Shown piece by piece: positions 1 to 12,220 of a stretch of 64,000 nt of DNA (the first letter of the stretch is position 1; each line of letters starts with the position of its first letter). The stretch is from Chiloscyllium plagiosum (taxonomy: Eukaryota): positions 50,298,450-50,362,449 of the forward strand of contig NC_057718.1 of NCBI RefSeq assembly GCF_004010195.1, in the 5' to 3' direction. Made by a program: the position numbers and the translations under genes. Below the pieces are notes generated by a model. That model saw only the letters and a list, made by a program, of their open reading frames with translations, did no database searches and was not told the DNA's origin.

Positions 1-444
1 GATCTGAGCTACATGGAGAGGCTGAACAGGCTGGGGCTGTTTTCCCTGGAATGTCGGAGGCTGAGGAGTGACCTTATAGAGGTTTATAAAAGTATGAGGG
101 GCTTGGATAGGATAAATAGACAAAGTCTTTTCCTTGGAGTCGGGGAGTCCAGAACTAGAGGGCATAGGTTTCGGGTGAGAGGGGAAAGACATAAAAGAGA
201 CTTAAGGGGCGACTTTTTCATGCAGAGGGCGGTACGTGTATGGTATGAGCTGCCAGAGGATGTGGTGGAGGCTGGTACAATTGCAACATTTAAGAGGCAT
301 TTGGATGGGTATATGAATAGGAAGGGTTTGGAGGGATATGGGCCGGGTGCTGGCAGGTGGGACTAGATTGGGTTGGGATATCTGTTCGGCATGGACGGGT
401 TGGACCGAAGGGTCTATTTCCATGCTGTACATCTCTATGACTCT
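1..444 (+). mobile_element. CR1-clade LINE, 3' end of ORF2 plus 3' UTR (relatively young)
   Basis: ORF 13..366 (ERLNRLGLFSLECRRLRSDLIEVYK...RTRGHRFRVRG...FFMQRAVRVWYELP) is the typical CR1 ORF2 C-terminus; ends in ...ctctatgactcta. Confidence 0.9.
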
Positions 445-700
445 AGTGTTTTTTACAGTTCTTATATAGTATCTTGTAAATGACGTTAGTTTTGCTGGTA
501 GTACCCATGGATCCTTTGGGTTCATGAGTCGCTGTTTGAGTGTGTTGGGAGGTTTGTGGGCTACCATAATGCCAAGGGGTCTGAGTATTCTGGAAGTAAT
601 TTCTGATATGTCTTTGATGTAAGGTAATGCGGCTATGGTTATTGATTGTGTTGTGTCTGCTTGACTAGGTTTTTTTCTGAGGAATCGGCAGATTGTGTGT
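445..700 (-). mobile_element. Penelope-like element fragment (RT to GIY-YIG linker)
   Basis: Minus strand reads AALPYIKDISEITSRILRPLGIMVAHKPPNTLKQRLMNPKDP, the PLE 'LPY..SE..RIL..V.HKP..TL..KD' motif. Confidence 0.75.
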
Positions 701-1204
701 GTCTTTTTAATTTTGCATTTTGTTTTTCCGACCTATGGTTATACGGAGTACTGCTGTAATATAAAATACAGCCTAAAACTTCAACTGTCACCACAATCTA
801 GCGTCATTTTGAATAGTTTAAGAGTAAAAAGATGCTGCTGAAAGAGAGTTCCTCCACCTTCACCATGAATCCTAATCCCTGCACCAGACCCAAAGATGCC
901 AGACTCATACTACTTCTGTCCCACCCTGAATTAAATTGAATGCTTTATTATCACATGTACTCAAACGAGTACAGTGAAAAGTTTATAAGTCGCCACTTAC
1001 GGCACCATCTTAGGTACAAAGGTACTTAAGTACAGCTTCTTCAATTACAAGATTAGTTGCAATGTAACAATGTCACCAACACACGGCACGTTTGGTAAGA
1101 TAGGAAGCTGAATATTAATAAGGTGAGCTGTGGTGGTAACAACTTGCTGCTGCCTCATGAAAAATGTGCCATGGCAAATGCCTCAGAATAAAGTGCAAGT
1201 CATT

Positions 1205-1452
1205 AAGTACTGAGATGAGGAGGAATTTCTTTACTCAGAGGGTAGTGAATATTTGAAATTCTCTGCACCAGAGGGTTCTGGAAACACAGCTACTGAGTAT
1301 TTACAAGACCGAGATCAATAGATTTCTTGATCCTATGGAGCTCAAGGCATATGGGGATAATGGAAAAATACTGAATTAAATGATCAGCCATGAGCAAGGG
1401 TGGTGGCACAAGCTCAAGGAGCTGAATGGCCTACTGTGCTCCTATGTTCCTG
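1205..1452 (+). mobile_element. Degenerate CR1 3' fragment
   Basis: gagatgaggaggaatttctttactcagagggtagtgaat...gatcagccatga...gctgaatggcctact...cctatgttcct matches CR1 3' ends. Confidence 0.75.
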
Positions 1453-4400
1453 TCACAGAACAGCCAGCAGCTTCTCAGGCCAAATAGCAATGGACAACAA
1501 CTGCTGGCTTTGCCAGTAAGAGAAATATCTTGAGGATGTGTTTTTAAAAAACTATGGATTTATTTATAACTGCATGTCATGGTCTTGGCTACAAAGGAAG
1601 AAAAACTCATCAAGAAAAGGGAGTTAAAAAACACATATAAAAGTTCACTTCTGTTCTCAATAGTAAATCTGATCTCAATATGATGTTATTTCATATACAC
1701 GTCTGTCAATCTCTTATCTAATGCAGCATTTTAAAATGGTATATAAATTGCACTCACATGACAAGATCATACTAACAACTGCTGTCTCTCATTATTTAAT
1801 TTAATCATAATGCATTCTTTAAGACTGTCAGACTCCTGAGTGTTCTTTCAATGTTTAAGTTACATACTATACAATAATAACAATGTTTTTGTTCAAAGAA
1901 AATTAACAGAGATTGCAGGTACATCTGAAGGTCAACCTCAACCTTGTTGCAATATTGGCACATTCATGTTAAGTTCTTTACAATTGCAAGATTACACTGC
2001 AATTACAGCACAGTAGCCAATGGACATGACACACTAACTGAAGAGAAAAAATTCCCTTCAAATATTGAATGCAAAACTACTAGGTAGGGCAACTATTGAT
2101 TTAAAATGTGGTTGAAATACAATTCAGAGTTCAGATACGTTACAAAGCTTCTGCAGATTGATCACATGGTTAATGATGAAATGCAAATTCTTTGAATGGA
2201 TTATATGGTCTTCAGTTTCTCTCATTCCATGCATCTATATTTAGTAAAAGGAACACTGATACAGGGTAAAATACATTAAAATGATTAGTAGTCAGATTCT
2301 ATATCGGGTAGCATTTTGACAAAGTCTATTCTTTTTTGCACTGTCTCACTTATTTCTGCACTTTATTGGCAATGCCAGGCATGTTCACAGATCCAATGAG
2401 CAATAGTAATGATCATGGTAGACTCCTATTTCTCATCATGGTTTATACAAAGCATTTGTGCCATTGTCCGAGGCAATTAAATCCAAATACAAAAAGATAT
2501 TAAAGTCAACAAATGCTCTCCAAGGGAAGATGACAGCTGTGAGACCTCTTTCAGAGAAAACCTTGAAATAAATGTCTTGGAATGGGTGAGAGTTAATAGT
2601 ATTTAAATAAGAAGGTAATAATCTATTAACTTCTATGTTGTCGTTGTGAAACAGGAAGGGTTTTCATACTGGTGAATACAGCGCATCCTTCCATATAACT
2701 GCCCTTCCTGTTAGCTGATGATTGAGAAGTACATTATTTTCAAACGGTCTAATTAATATCATTCCTAACACTGGTATGAAATGCTACATGCTTTTAAAAT
2801 GATATTTTTTAAATGAATACAATCTTTAAAGATGGTTGGCAACATATCATGTGACTTTGGCAATAACAACTCCAGGTATGCCCTGAGAAACACATAGCTC
2901 AAAAATCTGAACAATCCCAGGCTCAAGTCCTTTATCTTAAAGGTTGAACTCCACACAAGTAGGACTACAATATACAAGGCAAATCATCTTCCTGTCTCAC
3001 CACTGACAGTAGAAATTTTGAAATTCAATTGGTATTAGAAGAATATGAAATGAGTCTCATTGACCTTTCATCATATTATAATACCTCCTCAGCTCAATCA
3101 CAAAGGCTCTAACTGGCTCAAACCATGAAAATGTGAAAGATTACAATGTCAGATATATAAGCCCAATGCACTAGGGTTTTTCGAACACAATAGGTCACAT
3201 TATTAATGCAGCCATATTTGTACCTCTTCTTAAAAGTTACAGCAGAAGCTGTTCAGATCAGAGAAACTCCATGAGAGATGTCATCTGAAACATCATCTGA
3301 AGAGCTATTGAACCAGCTACACATCCGAGGTAAAATACTTATATTGTGAGAGGGGCGGAAGAATTTTCCCACAGCCTGTTCTGACTTGAAGTTAGCTGAC
3401 ACCTGGAAATTCATTACAAGAAATCTCACAGAATACATTGGTTTAACTAGAGCTTCATTCCAAGTTAAAAAAAAATCAATTCAGCCACAAAACTACACGT
3501 CTCCTCTGAAAGAGACTGGGGTTATTCCAATTTATAATTGTATTTTTTCCATCTGTATATAATCTTCTCTGTATTATAGTGAATGTGAGACGTCATGATG
3601 AAACCTCTGGAGCAGCAAAAACCGATGCAATAAATGTAAATATTTATAAGATTGTGAGAAATCATTTCTGTCAGAAATTCTTTTGTAAAGATATTTCAGG
3701 TTAATTTTCTGTCAAATCCCTCCACATAGTAGATAACATTTGTACTGGAAATGTTTGAGACAATAGTGATTACTGTTGATGATTATATCATGTGAATGTT
3801 ACTAGTTTGTGCATTCACAGCAAATTCCTCACTGCCAATTCTAACATGTTTTAACCCATTTATTTTAAATGGGCTGACATCAATGTTAAGACAGCTAACT
3901 GATGAGTGCATCAGTTAGTTATTCCCAGGCTCACCTGAAGCTTTTATATATTATGTCTTTTACTGTTCTCTTCTAAAAGTAATCAGTTTTGTAGCATTAA
4001 TCTTCTGCTGGTAATCCACCTCAAGTGCCAATATATAGAAATGACTTCTATAATGGTGGAAGGTCCACAATGACAATTCTGTGCTGAAAATTTAACAATA
4101 ACTATAGCTTCTAAACAGCTGGTGTAAAAGTAACTTCTTGTGTTTCAATTGCTCAAACAGACTGATCATTTTAAGAGTTGGATTATTCCTTTCAGCCAGA
4201 TTGCTCATCACAGATTAGCTGGACTGGATACTGGATGTTTCAGTGCTATTTCTCTGGTTGGGTAAATTTACCTCAGCTTTGGGAAAAAAAATGGCTGGTT
4301 CAGTACGCATCATTGATGCATAAACCACATTATTCTCAGCTCCATCTGTTCCAATACTATTTCTGCAAATAAAGGTACTCAAATAAACTTTCAAAGGACA

Positions 4401-5870
4401 AACCACTCAAGAAATTCAACATTTAAACGTTTTCTGTCTTTTCCAGTTTGTCCAATACCTTACACTATGCCTCTATCCCAGTACTTCATTTTGAATCCCT
4501 TTATACTTCCTGTTTTGTATCAAGTCTCCATATACAAGTATGTCTACTTCAATTTGACGTATATAGCTACAGTGTATAAATGCACAAATAGGAACAGATA
4601 TTAGGGGGAGATTTTGACTTCTGGAGTGGGAAAAGTCAGGGGAAGGTGGGTGCTGATTGGCAGAAGGTACAGTCTAGTTGCCCTATCTAACAGAAGGCTG
4701 GGACTATGTTGACAGATGCTCCTCAACAATGAACATCTGGAAAGGTTACACACCTGGTCCATCTGGCTATGCAAGGGGAAAAAAAGGCTGAGATTTCACA
4801 GTTGTAGTAACGTTGAAACTGTCAGCATTTATCAGTTTCACCCCATGAAACCGTCTGGAGCCTCTGGCATCTACACAGCAACAAGTAAAAGCGGACACCC
4901 AGAGAATATTGTTAGTAATTTGTAGCACCTTAAAACCGTGTACTGCTGAAGTCCTTGCAGATAGCAATCTTTGGACAACATTAAGAAAAGAATAAGAACA
5001 TTCTTTTTAACATTATCGCATTACTCAATAAAATTTGTAAGTCGTTACTTAGTTGTAACTTCATTTTAATAGTGTACACAACTGCCACTAATCAACATAT
5101 CGGACCCTGCCAAATGAATACTGTGTTTGTGTAATGTCATGCTTCTCCTATAATGATTAATAAAAGTAAAATATTCTTTACTGTTTATTTATATTTGTGA
5201 TTCAGCTTCCATGTGCATACCCAATCTGTATTTTACTTTCTGTGAAATCTACAAAAACTAAGGATAATTACTGAATGTTACTTTTTGGTGTGTTATCTGT
5301 GGGAACTCCTCAATGTGTTGAGTAATTTAGTTTGCTTGATGACATTTCCTTTTTTGTGGGATGCCTAGAGATCCCCTGGATTTGGTATCATTCAAATTAA
5401 CATTAGGAAAGATGGAACCCACACCCTGAAACATACTACTGTATTTTTAAGCAGGGAAGGAAGGTCAGGTGGTCTCAGGAAGGAGTTGGCATTCAAAAGA
5501 TATAATTTTAATGTGGGATGCTCAGAAACACTGCTATACCTCATTAGAGTCCATGTACAGCGCATCATCCGCCGTCACTTCCGCCACCTCCAAACAGACC
5601 CCAGCACCAAGGATATATTTCCCTCCCCTCCCCTATCAGCTTTCCGTAGAGACCACTCCCTCCGCGACTCCCTTGTCAGATCCACACCCCCCACCGATAC
5701 TGATGAAATACTTAGCAGTTGTAGTAAAATCATGCGTATACTTAGGATGAAGAAGATTATGAGTACCACATATGCTTGGTCCAGTTCTTGTTGGATTCAT
5801 TTGGATATCAAAGTTGAAACTTTATTGCTGGAACAGCACAGCAGGTCAGGCAGCATCCAGGGAACAGGAG

Positions 5871-5906
5871 ATTCGACGTTTCGGGCACAGGCCCTTCTTC
5901 AGGAAT
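5871..5906 (-). ncRNA. Minimal type-I hammerhead ribozyme motif (mirror copy)
   Basis: Exact reverse complement of 6122-6157. Confidence 0.7.
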
Positions 5907-6121
5907 GAGCAGAGAGTGTTCAGCAGGAGAAGATAAAAGGTAGGGAGGAGGGACTTGGAGGAGGGGCGTTGGAAATGTGATAGGTGGAAAGAGGTCAAGG
6001 TGAGGGTGATAGGTCGGAGTAGGGTGGAGGCGGAGAGGTCAAGAAGAAGACATTTCCAACTCCCCTCCTCCAAGTCCCTCCTCCCTACCTTTTATCTTCT
6101 CCTGCTGAACACTCTCTGCTC

Positions 6122-6157
6122 ATTCCTGAAGAAGGGCCTGTGCCCGAAACGTCGAAT
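6122..6157 (+). ncRNA. Minimal type-I hammerhead ribozyme motif (PLE-associated)
   Basis: ATTC-CTGAAGA-A-GGGC-CTGT-GCCC-GAAA-CGTC-GAAT: stem I ATTC/GAAT, core CUGANGA and GAAA, stem II GGGC/GCCC, palindromic ACGU stem III, GUC site at 6151-6153. Confidence 0.72.
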
Positions 6158-6999
6158 CTCCTGTTCCCTGGATGCTGCCTGACCTGCTGTGCTGTTCCAG
6201 CAATAAAGTTTCAACTTTGATCTCCAGCATCTGCAGACCTCACTTTCTCCTATACCTCATTAGATCCATATTCATGTAAGTATATTTTACCAACATACAT
6301 TTTTGATGACAACTTGTAATTGTCCATTTCAGGAACATTTTTAGCCTGCCTGTAGACCTTTTTCCCTTCCCTATCCAGGCAAACAACACTTTCTTTCCCT
6401 GAGAGATCTTAAACACACCCATTTTAATGGCTTAAGTCTAAATCCAGACTAACCATGAATCTATTGCTCTCCAGCCAAAAATGGCTGTCAAGGGCTTAAG
6501 GAGAAAGTCTTGTTACAAGTGTAGAAACATGCAGGAAACTTTAATATTTTTACAAAAAATAATTGATGCTATTGGGAACTAATTAAAAAATAGCATTCTA
6601 AAAAGGAGTCAAAGTTGCTTGAAATATTGATGCTTTTATAGCCAGTCTGTATTCTTTACACAATGTTTCCAACTTGTGGATCCAAAATCAGGATCTGCAG
6701 CAGAATTAATTCATTTACTCTCATATTCATTCTCCAGACTCACACTCAAGTGATCAGAGATGAATACGATGTAAGTTATGACAGACAGAAATTTTCATTC
6801 AACTACATACATTCCACACAGGACAGGAAGAGATCCATCTGTGCCTGTTTTCAAGCAAGTCCTCCAACCCACTGATCATCATGTGACCTGACATCATTGT
6901 TGTCGATGTCATCAGCTATTTAATTGAAAGCTGCTTCCCTTGGACTACACCTCCCCCCACCCCCCAGCAAGTATTCATTCTGTCCCTGGACATTTACCT

Positions 7000-8460
7000 T
7001 ATCTCATCATTAGCATCTTCACACTGTTCTGTCATTAACTCATGTCCTAATGCATTTACATTTCAATTCATTGATCAGCATTCTACTCCTCTTCCTACCA
7101 AGTTGCTTGTTGGCCAATCACATTACTGGCCCTTCTAGCAGACTGGCTTTGGGTGTGGGTTTCTTTCTTGGTAGCAAAGTCAAATATAGTACACTTTTTT
7201 TTCTGGAAAGTGTCCCAAAGCAACACATCATCTGTTGCTTGTGTTGGTGAGATTAGCCATTCATCTGATCTCCTGATTGTCATTCTGTTGAATGCAGCTA
7301 GTCTTTCTTAGAGTCTGGATTGAGTATAAAATAAGCATGGTATCAGTTCTCTGGCTGGGGAGGTTGAGGGTCATCTTCAAGTGTCCCTAGTGGTACTACA
7401 CATCATTTCCGTGGCAGAATTATCTGTGGAGTGCCTCATGCTGTGGGATCTTCTGTGTCATTAAGCTGTTCCTGTCATTCCATGCCAAGTAATAGATTCC
7501 CTAGGTGTGTCTACTGGCAAACTCATTCTTTGTGAGGAGATGCGTACACAAATTTTCTTGAGAGTAGGCCATCTGTGTTTGGCAATCTGAGGCCCCAGCT
7601 CTTGAGTCATCCGTTCAATTATCTCCCTCACAGACAATTTAAGGATTCTTCTTCTTGATTTTCCTTTCATTGCTGCAAGAATTCTGCAGAACTTATGAAA
7701 TGCCCTCTGTCAGGTTCATCTCTGGTACTTCCTTGGTTCATACTGGAGTAGTCTCCCAATTGTGCAATGTCTTCCAAGCTTTCTGGTGCCACGAGGTGCA
7801 CTAACATAACTTTGCATTTGGCAGGTCTCATGTACTTGTGTATTAGTGTGTACGGGAAAGCTGCAATGATTAAGGAACTGTATAAACTCCATAATTAGGT
7901 CCTCACCAATTCAGATGCCTTCTCTGTTTTCGAAGCTTCCATTGCAAATTTAACTGCGCTGGTCTTATAGACTGCAGCAAGTCCGATAGGCCAATCTCTG
8001 ACACAGAGCTTGGATAAGTTCTCCTCTTGAGGAACCAATGTAGCTATCCTTGAATTGGCATGAATCATTCACAAGTTAGTCTCCACTCAGTTTTAGGTGC
8101 TAGGTATGGCTGTTGATTTTAGTGTGGTCCACCATGACGGACTTTCTAATACAAAAAATGAATGAAAAGCATTCAATAACTGGTTATCCACTTTTGAAAC
8201 CTCAGTGATCCCATGACTTGATAATATCACACCAACTTAGTTTCCCATCGAAAACAACAAGACGCTTATCTGATCTCTCTGTCTGCCATGTGTGATGGGC
8301 CTGAGGTGACCCTGGACTATTGGAAGCTTCAATGCCAATGCATTATTGTGCAGTCAGGTACAGACCATCCGTATAGCTGGTATAAAGGCTGTATTTATCT
8401 CAAGATAACTTTGTGCTGTATTGTGGAGTGTCATATTAAGTTTCCTTTCTCTATTTCATT
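7000..8460 (-). mobile_element. Possible highly decayed Gypsy-like gag remnant
   Basis: Stop-riddled minus-strand translation loosely gag-like; a CA|TGGCAG LTR-end/PBS-like junction near 8283-8290. Confidence 0.3.
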
Positions 8461-9687
8461 TTCTAGTTGAGGCTAATTATCACAATTTCTGGAGTTGTTG
8501 CTAACTGCCATTTTCTATCTATACCAATACCTGGCTTGAAATTTGTTGGTTTCATTTACCACTGAAGTATCCCTGTTTTGAATGATGCACTACTGGGGTT
8601 TCTTGGTTGCATATTTTACTGGCATTGTTTACCACTAGTTTTGCTTACGACTGGAGTCTATTTGCTCTGCATTTGTTCACTTTTGTACTTGATCAGTCTT
8701 CACCTGAGACTGTCTGCTGTGGCCTTTACTGGTTTCATGTACCTCTTTTTCATTTGCTCTTTTGTCAACTTCCAGCCCAAAATTCCAAGGCCTCGCGTGG
8801 CGGTCTGCTTCTGTGGTGTCTTTGGCGGCACGGTGGTCTGGCCTGGGATTTCAATGGCCTGAGATTTGGTGGCTTCAATGTCAGCTTTCTGTAGCAGTGG
8901 AGAATGCGGTTTCTGGATTGTCCTCAACTTTGGGAACCCATCAGCCATGAATCAAACAAAGATGGACTTTGTCTTAATTTCTTAATATATAATTTCTGCT
9001 ATTAATATAGGTTCCAGAGTACGCGCGGTATGTATTGTAAAAATACAATAAATTGCTATTCTACTCTGTTCTAAAAAATGGCTGCTACTAGTTTGTCTTT
9101 GGTTTAAACCTTTGAATGCTGCCACATACCATTTCTTGAAGGAGAACTTTTTCAGTTTTACTATTGCCACCATGTTGAAAGTGCACTCAGACACAGAAGT
9201 GGAGTAAGTCTTGATAGCCAGAACCTTTTTTTGAACTGTATACCTTGGATACACAGCAGGGAGAAATCCTTACACAACCATCTAGGACTATACTGCCTAG
9301 CTTTGTTGGTGGGGATATCTTTGTAGGGGGGTGTTGCCAAACAAAGATCATGGAAAGTTGAGCTTAAGAGGTTGTAATAACTCAGGAACCTAACTGGAAA
9401 AGAACATCATTTATTGTTGATTACAGACACTACTAGTAATGTTCATAGGCTCGTCCCTGGCCAAGACAAACAGTTCTACAGATGGATCCTTGAGTCTAAT
9501 CTATAATGTCATTAATGCTATAACCAACTGAACTATGTAAGTGTCCTGAGGTCATGAGGTGGAAAATTCCATAAGCCTGACTTGATTCAAACAAATTCTT
9601 CTAGTTTGGAGACAGATTCGCTACCATTGTGCCATAATCTCACCCAAAATACAAAGCATTAAGATCTCAATTGGAAGACAGCAATAT

Positions 9688-9761
9688 TGACCAGTATGGG
9701 GATTGAACCCATGACCTCAGTATTATTAGCCCCACATTCTAACCATCTGAGCTAACTGAGC
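9688..9761 (-). pseudogene. tRNA-Ile(AAT)-derived pseudogene or SINE head
   Basis: GCTCAGTTAGCTCAGATGGTTAGAATGTGGGGCTAATAATACTGAGGTCATGGGTTCAATCCCCATACTGGTCA aligns without gaps (74 nt) to vertebrate tRNA-Ile-AAT; many changes are CpG decay and the acceptor stem is disrupted. Confidence 0.8.
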
Positions 9762-11964
9762 AGCACCTGAATTGCAATTATGATCTTACACACAATTGAA
9801 AGGCTTTCCCACCATCAAATCACCATGAATTTCATTTTTGTTTTTAACTATTAACCACCTCTAGTAAATCACCAATGCAACCAATTAGAAATTTACTTGC
9901 CGAGCCCATTACAGGCAATGGAAACCATCAAAAGTAAGGAAAAAGTAGGGAGAGCGGAACAGGTCTAAATCAAAATGGAGTGGATCTGCTTTCTTTTCTA
10001 ATCAACCTGCTTGAAGATGTTATTACACACCTCTGCAGCAGGTCAGACTTGAACCAGGTCTCCAGACCCAGATGTAGGGGAACGATCTCTGCACCACAAG
10101 AACCTGTGGGTCTACTTTATTTATTTCTTTTCATTTCATTGACACCCAGATGTGCTATTATGCACAACTGAATGACTTTCCCATCACCAAAACATTTTCC
10201 CTCCATTTAACTAGCATTAGTACCACCATTCAATGTTTACCCACAAAGCCTGTTAAGTGCAATGTAAACCATGTCGGTCTGGTTTTTAAAAAAAATCAAA
10301 ATTATTTTTCTAATCACCCTGTTCAGAGATGTTATTACATACTTCTGGAGCAGATGGGACTTGAACCCAGGTCTCTCAGCGCAGGAGTAGGAATACAGGT
10401 GATGAGTTCCAGCTGGGCAGGCCTGATATCATGGGCACATACTCAGTAAGATCCAAAGATCCAAATCAGTGATTCCCATGGGCTTTGTAGAGGTTATCAC
10501 AGAGGTTATGGGCATAACTTGCTCAGTACGAAATTTGTCATCTTATACATTCTTTCAATCAATTCAGCTGGATTGCACTGATCTTTAAATGTAAGGTATT
10601 ACAAAACTACAGGTTGTAGTACTTCTTTTTATTCATTGATTAATAATCGGTTATAATATCTACATTTGATTAGTTCCATCTCTGTTAACTTTTCTGTTTC
10701 AAAACAAAATCTGTATCATAAAATGGGATTTGAAACATTCAGTTTAATTATATTTATGAAGCATTTGCAGTAAATGAAAGTGTTTTCTCTCCATATCAAT
10801 AACTGGCACGTAACCATGTCTGGAACACAGCCTTAAAAGCTAAAATTGAAAAAGAAGTAATATTTCCAAATGATAATGACTAAAAATAGGCTATCCAAAA
10901 ATTCTAACAGTGTGCTTACCACTGATTGCTAAAAAGATGAATGTCATGACCACCCAGGATACTAAAGATCTTGTGCAGCTTTTCACTAGTGGCAAAACAA
11001 ACCAATGGTATTTATCAATTGTTAAATCTGTCAAGGGCTCAGGGAAAGCTAAGTGAAGGCTATTAAATAGTTCAAACTTTTTCTGGAAATGAACCCTGCA
11101 TAGCTTGAACTTAAAGTTAGCTGCTGGGAATTCATCAGTGAAATCTTGAAGGCAGGCTATGCAGGGATCAGGCTAACAATCAGATGCACATGCCATTATT
11201 TAGAGAGTAAATGTAGTACTTGCACATGATTGCCAGCCGAAGATTATGGGTCCAACTTGTATGCAGAGCAGAGCCATATCCTGATACCTTGGAGATAAGC
11301 ATCGCAGCAAGCTTTCTGCAGCAATAAATTATTTAATCCATCAAAATGTACCTTGAGAGCTCCTGTTTCAAATAAATAGGCAGCTACTGATTGTGAATAG
11401 TCACATGCATACATTTATGCATAGCATATAAAAATAATGGTTTCATAATCACAACGAAATTTAGGAAGCAACAAATAGTTCATCCTTCGGTCATGTGAAG
11501 AATTGTATGAGTGTGCTTGGCTTTTCTTCACCTATTTTTGTTGTAATGACACTTTCCATAAAGATTTTATAAGCTTTTTGAGTAGGGACTGTCTCTCACC
11601 AATTGGTGAACATGTCTTCAGCTAACAAGTGACAGATGAGCCCTAAGTGCCATCATATGTGACACATGAGGGATCAAAAAGCCACCAGAAGTTCAGATCA
11701 TTTGAGTTTCCCTTAAAAAGTACATTAATAAGTGTGTGACGTGAATTAATTACTACTCAAAATGTTTTTTAGGAGTGACAGCCTGACTTTTAGAAATAAA
11801 GTTTGGGAAATTTTGATCCAAAAATTTAAATGTGTAGCACTTGCAATTTGATCTGACAGAGGTCACTTTGGTACAACATGTTATCTACACTATGCACAGA
11901 CACCTCTGGTGTGGCGTTTAGTACTGGCACATATAGCAGAAGTATAGATTGTAGGTTGATTGTG

Positions 11965-12220
11965 TTAAAAATGAGGAGAAACTCAGCAGGTCTGACCACA
12001 TCTGTAGAGACAGAAACAGATTTACATTTCTGGATCTAATACAACCCTTCTTCAAAACTCATCTTGCACAGCTGAGCATGCTTTCTTAGGCAGAATTATT
12101 TCAAACTTGAAACATTAACTCTGTTTCTTTATCCACAGATGCTGCCAGACCTGCTGAGTTTCTGCAGCACTTTCTGTTTTTATTTCGGATTTCCAGCATC
12201 TGCAGTATTTCGCTTTTATC
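11965..12220. mobile_element. Older fold-back PLE-terminus element
   Basis: Inverted arms gaaactcagcaggtctg..catctgt..gaaacaga and tctgtttc..acagatg..cagacctgctgagtttc, plus tail ccagcatctgcagt. Confidence 0.65.

Larger units (their letters stand above)
5549..6249. mobile_element. Composite Penelope-like insertion: ORF fragment, filler and inverted pLTR pair
   Basis: HVQRIIRRHFRHLQTDPSTKDIFPSPPLSAFRRDHSLRDSLV (PLE linker); 172-bp inverted arms 5807-5978 and 6050-6221; direct repeat CTATACCTCATTAGA at 5534-5548 and 6250-6264. Confidence 0.85.

Noticed and set aside
2765..2977. ORF with an LRR-like ring (IKDLSLGLF...IFKDCIHLKNIIL)
   Set aside because: No conserved LxxLxLxxN Asn and no matching phase-2 splice sites; probably chance
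5846..6182. Twin ORFs on opposite strands with identical C-termini
   Set aside because: Consequence of the inverted repeat, not proteins
11288..11362. 75-nt minus-strand segment containing FDGLNNL
   Set aside because: Open only in phase 1, weak donor, LRR spacing wrong
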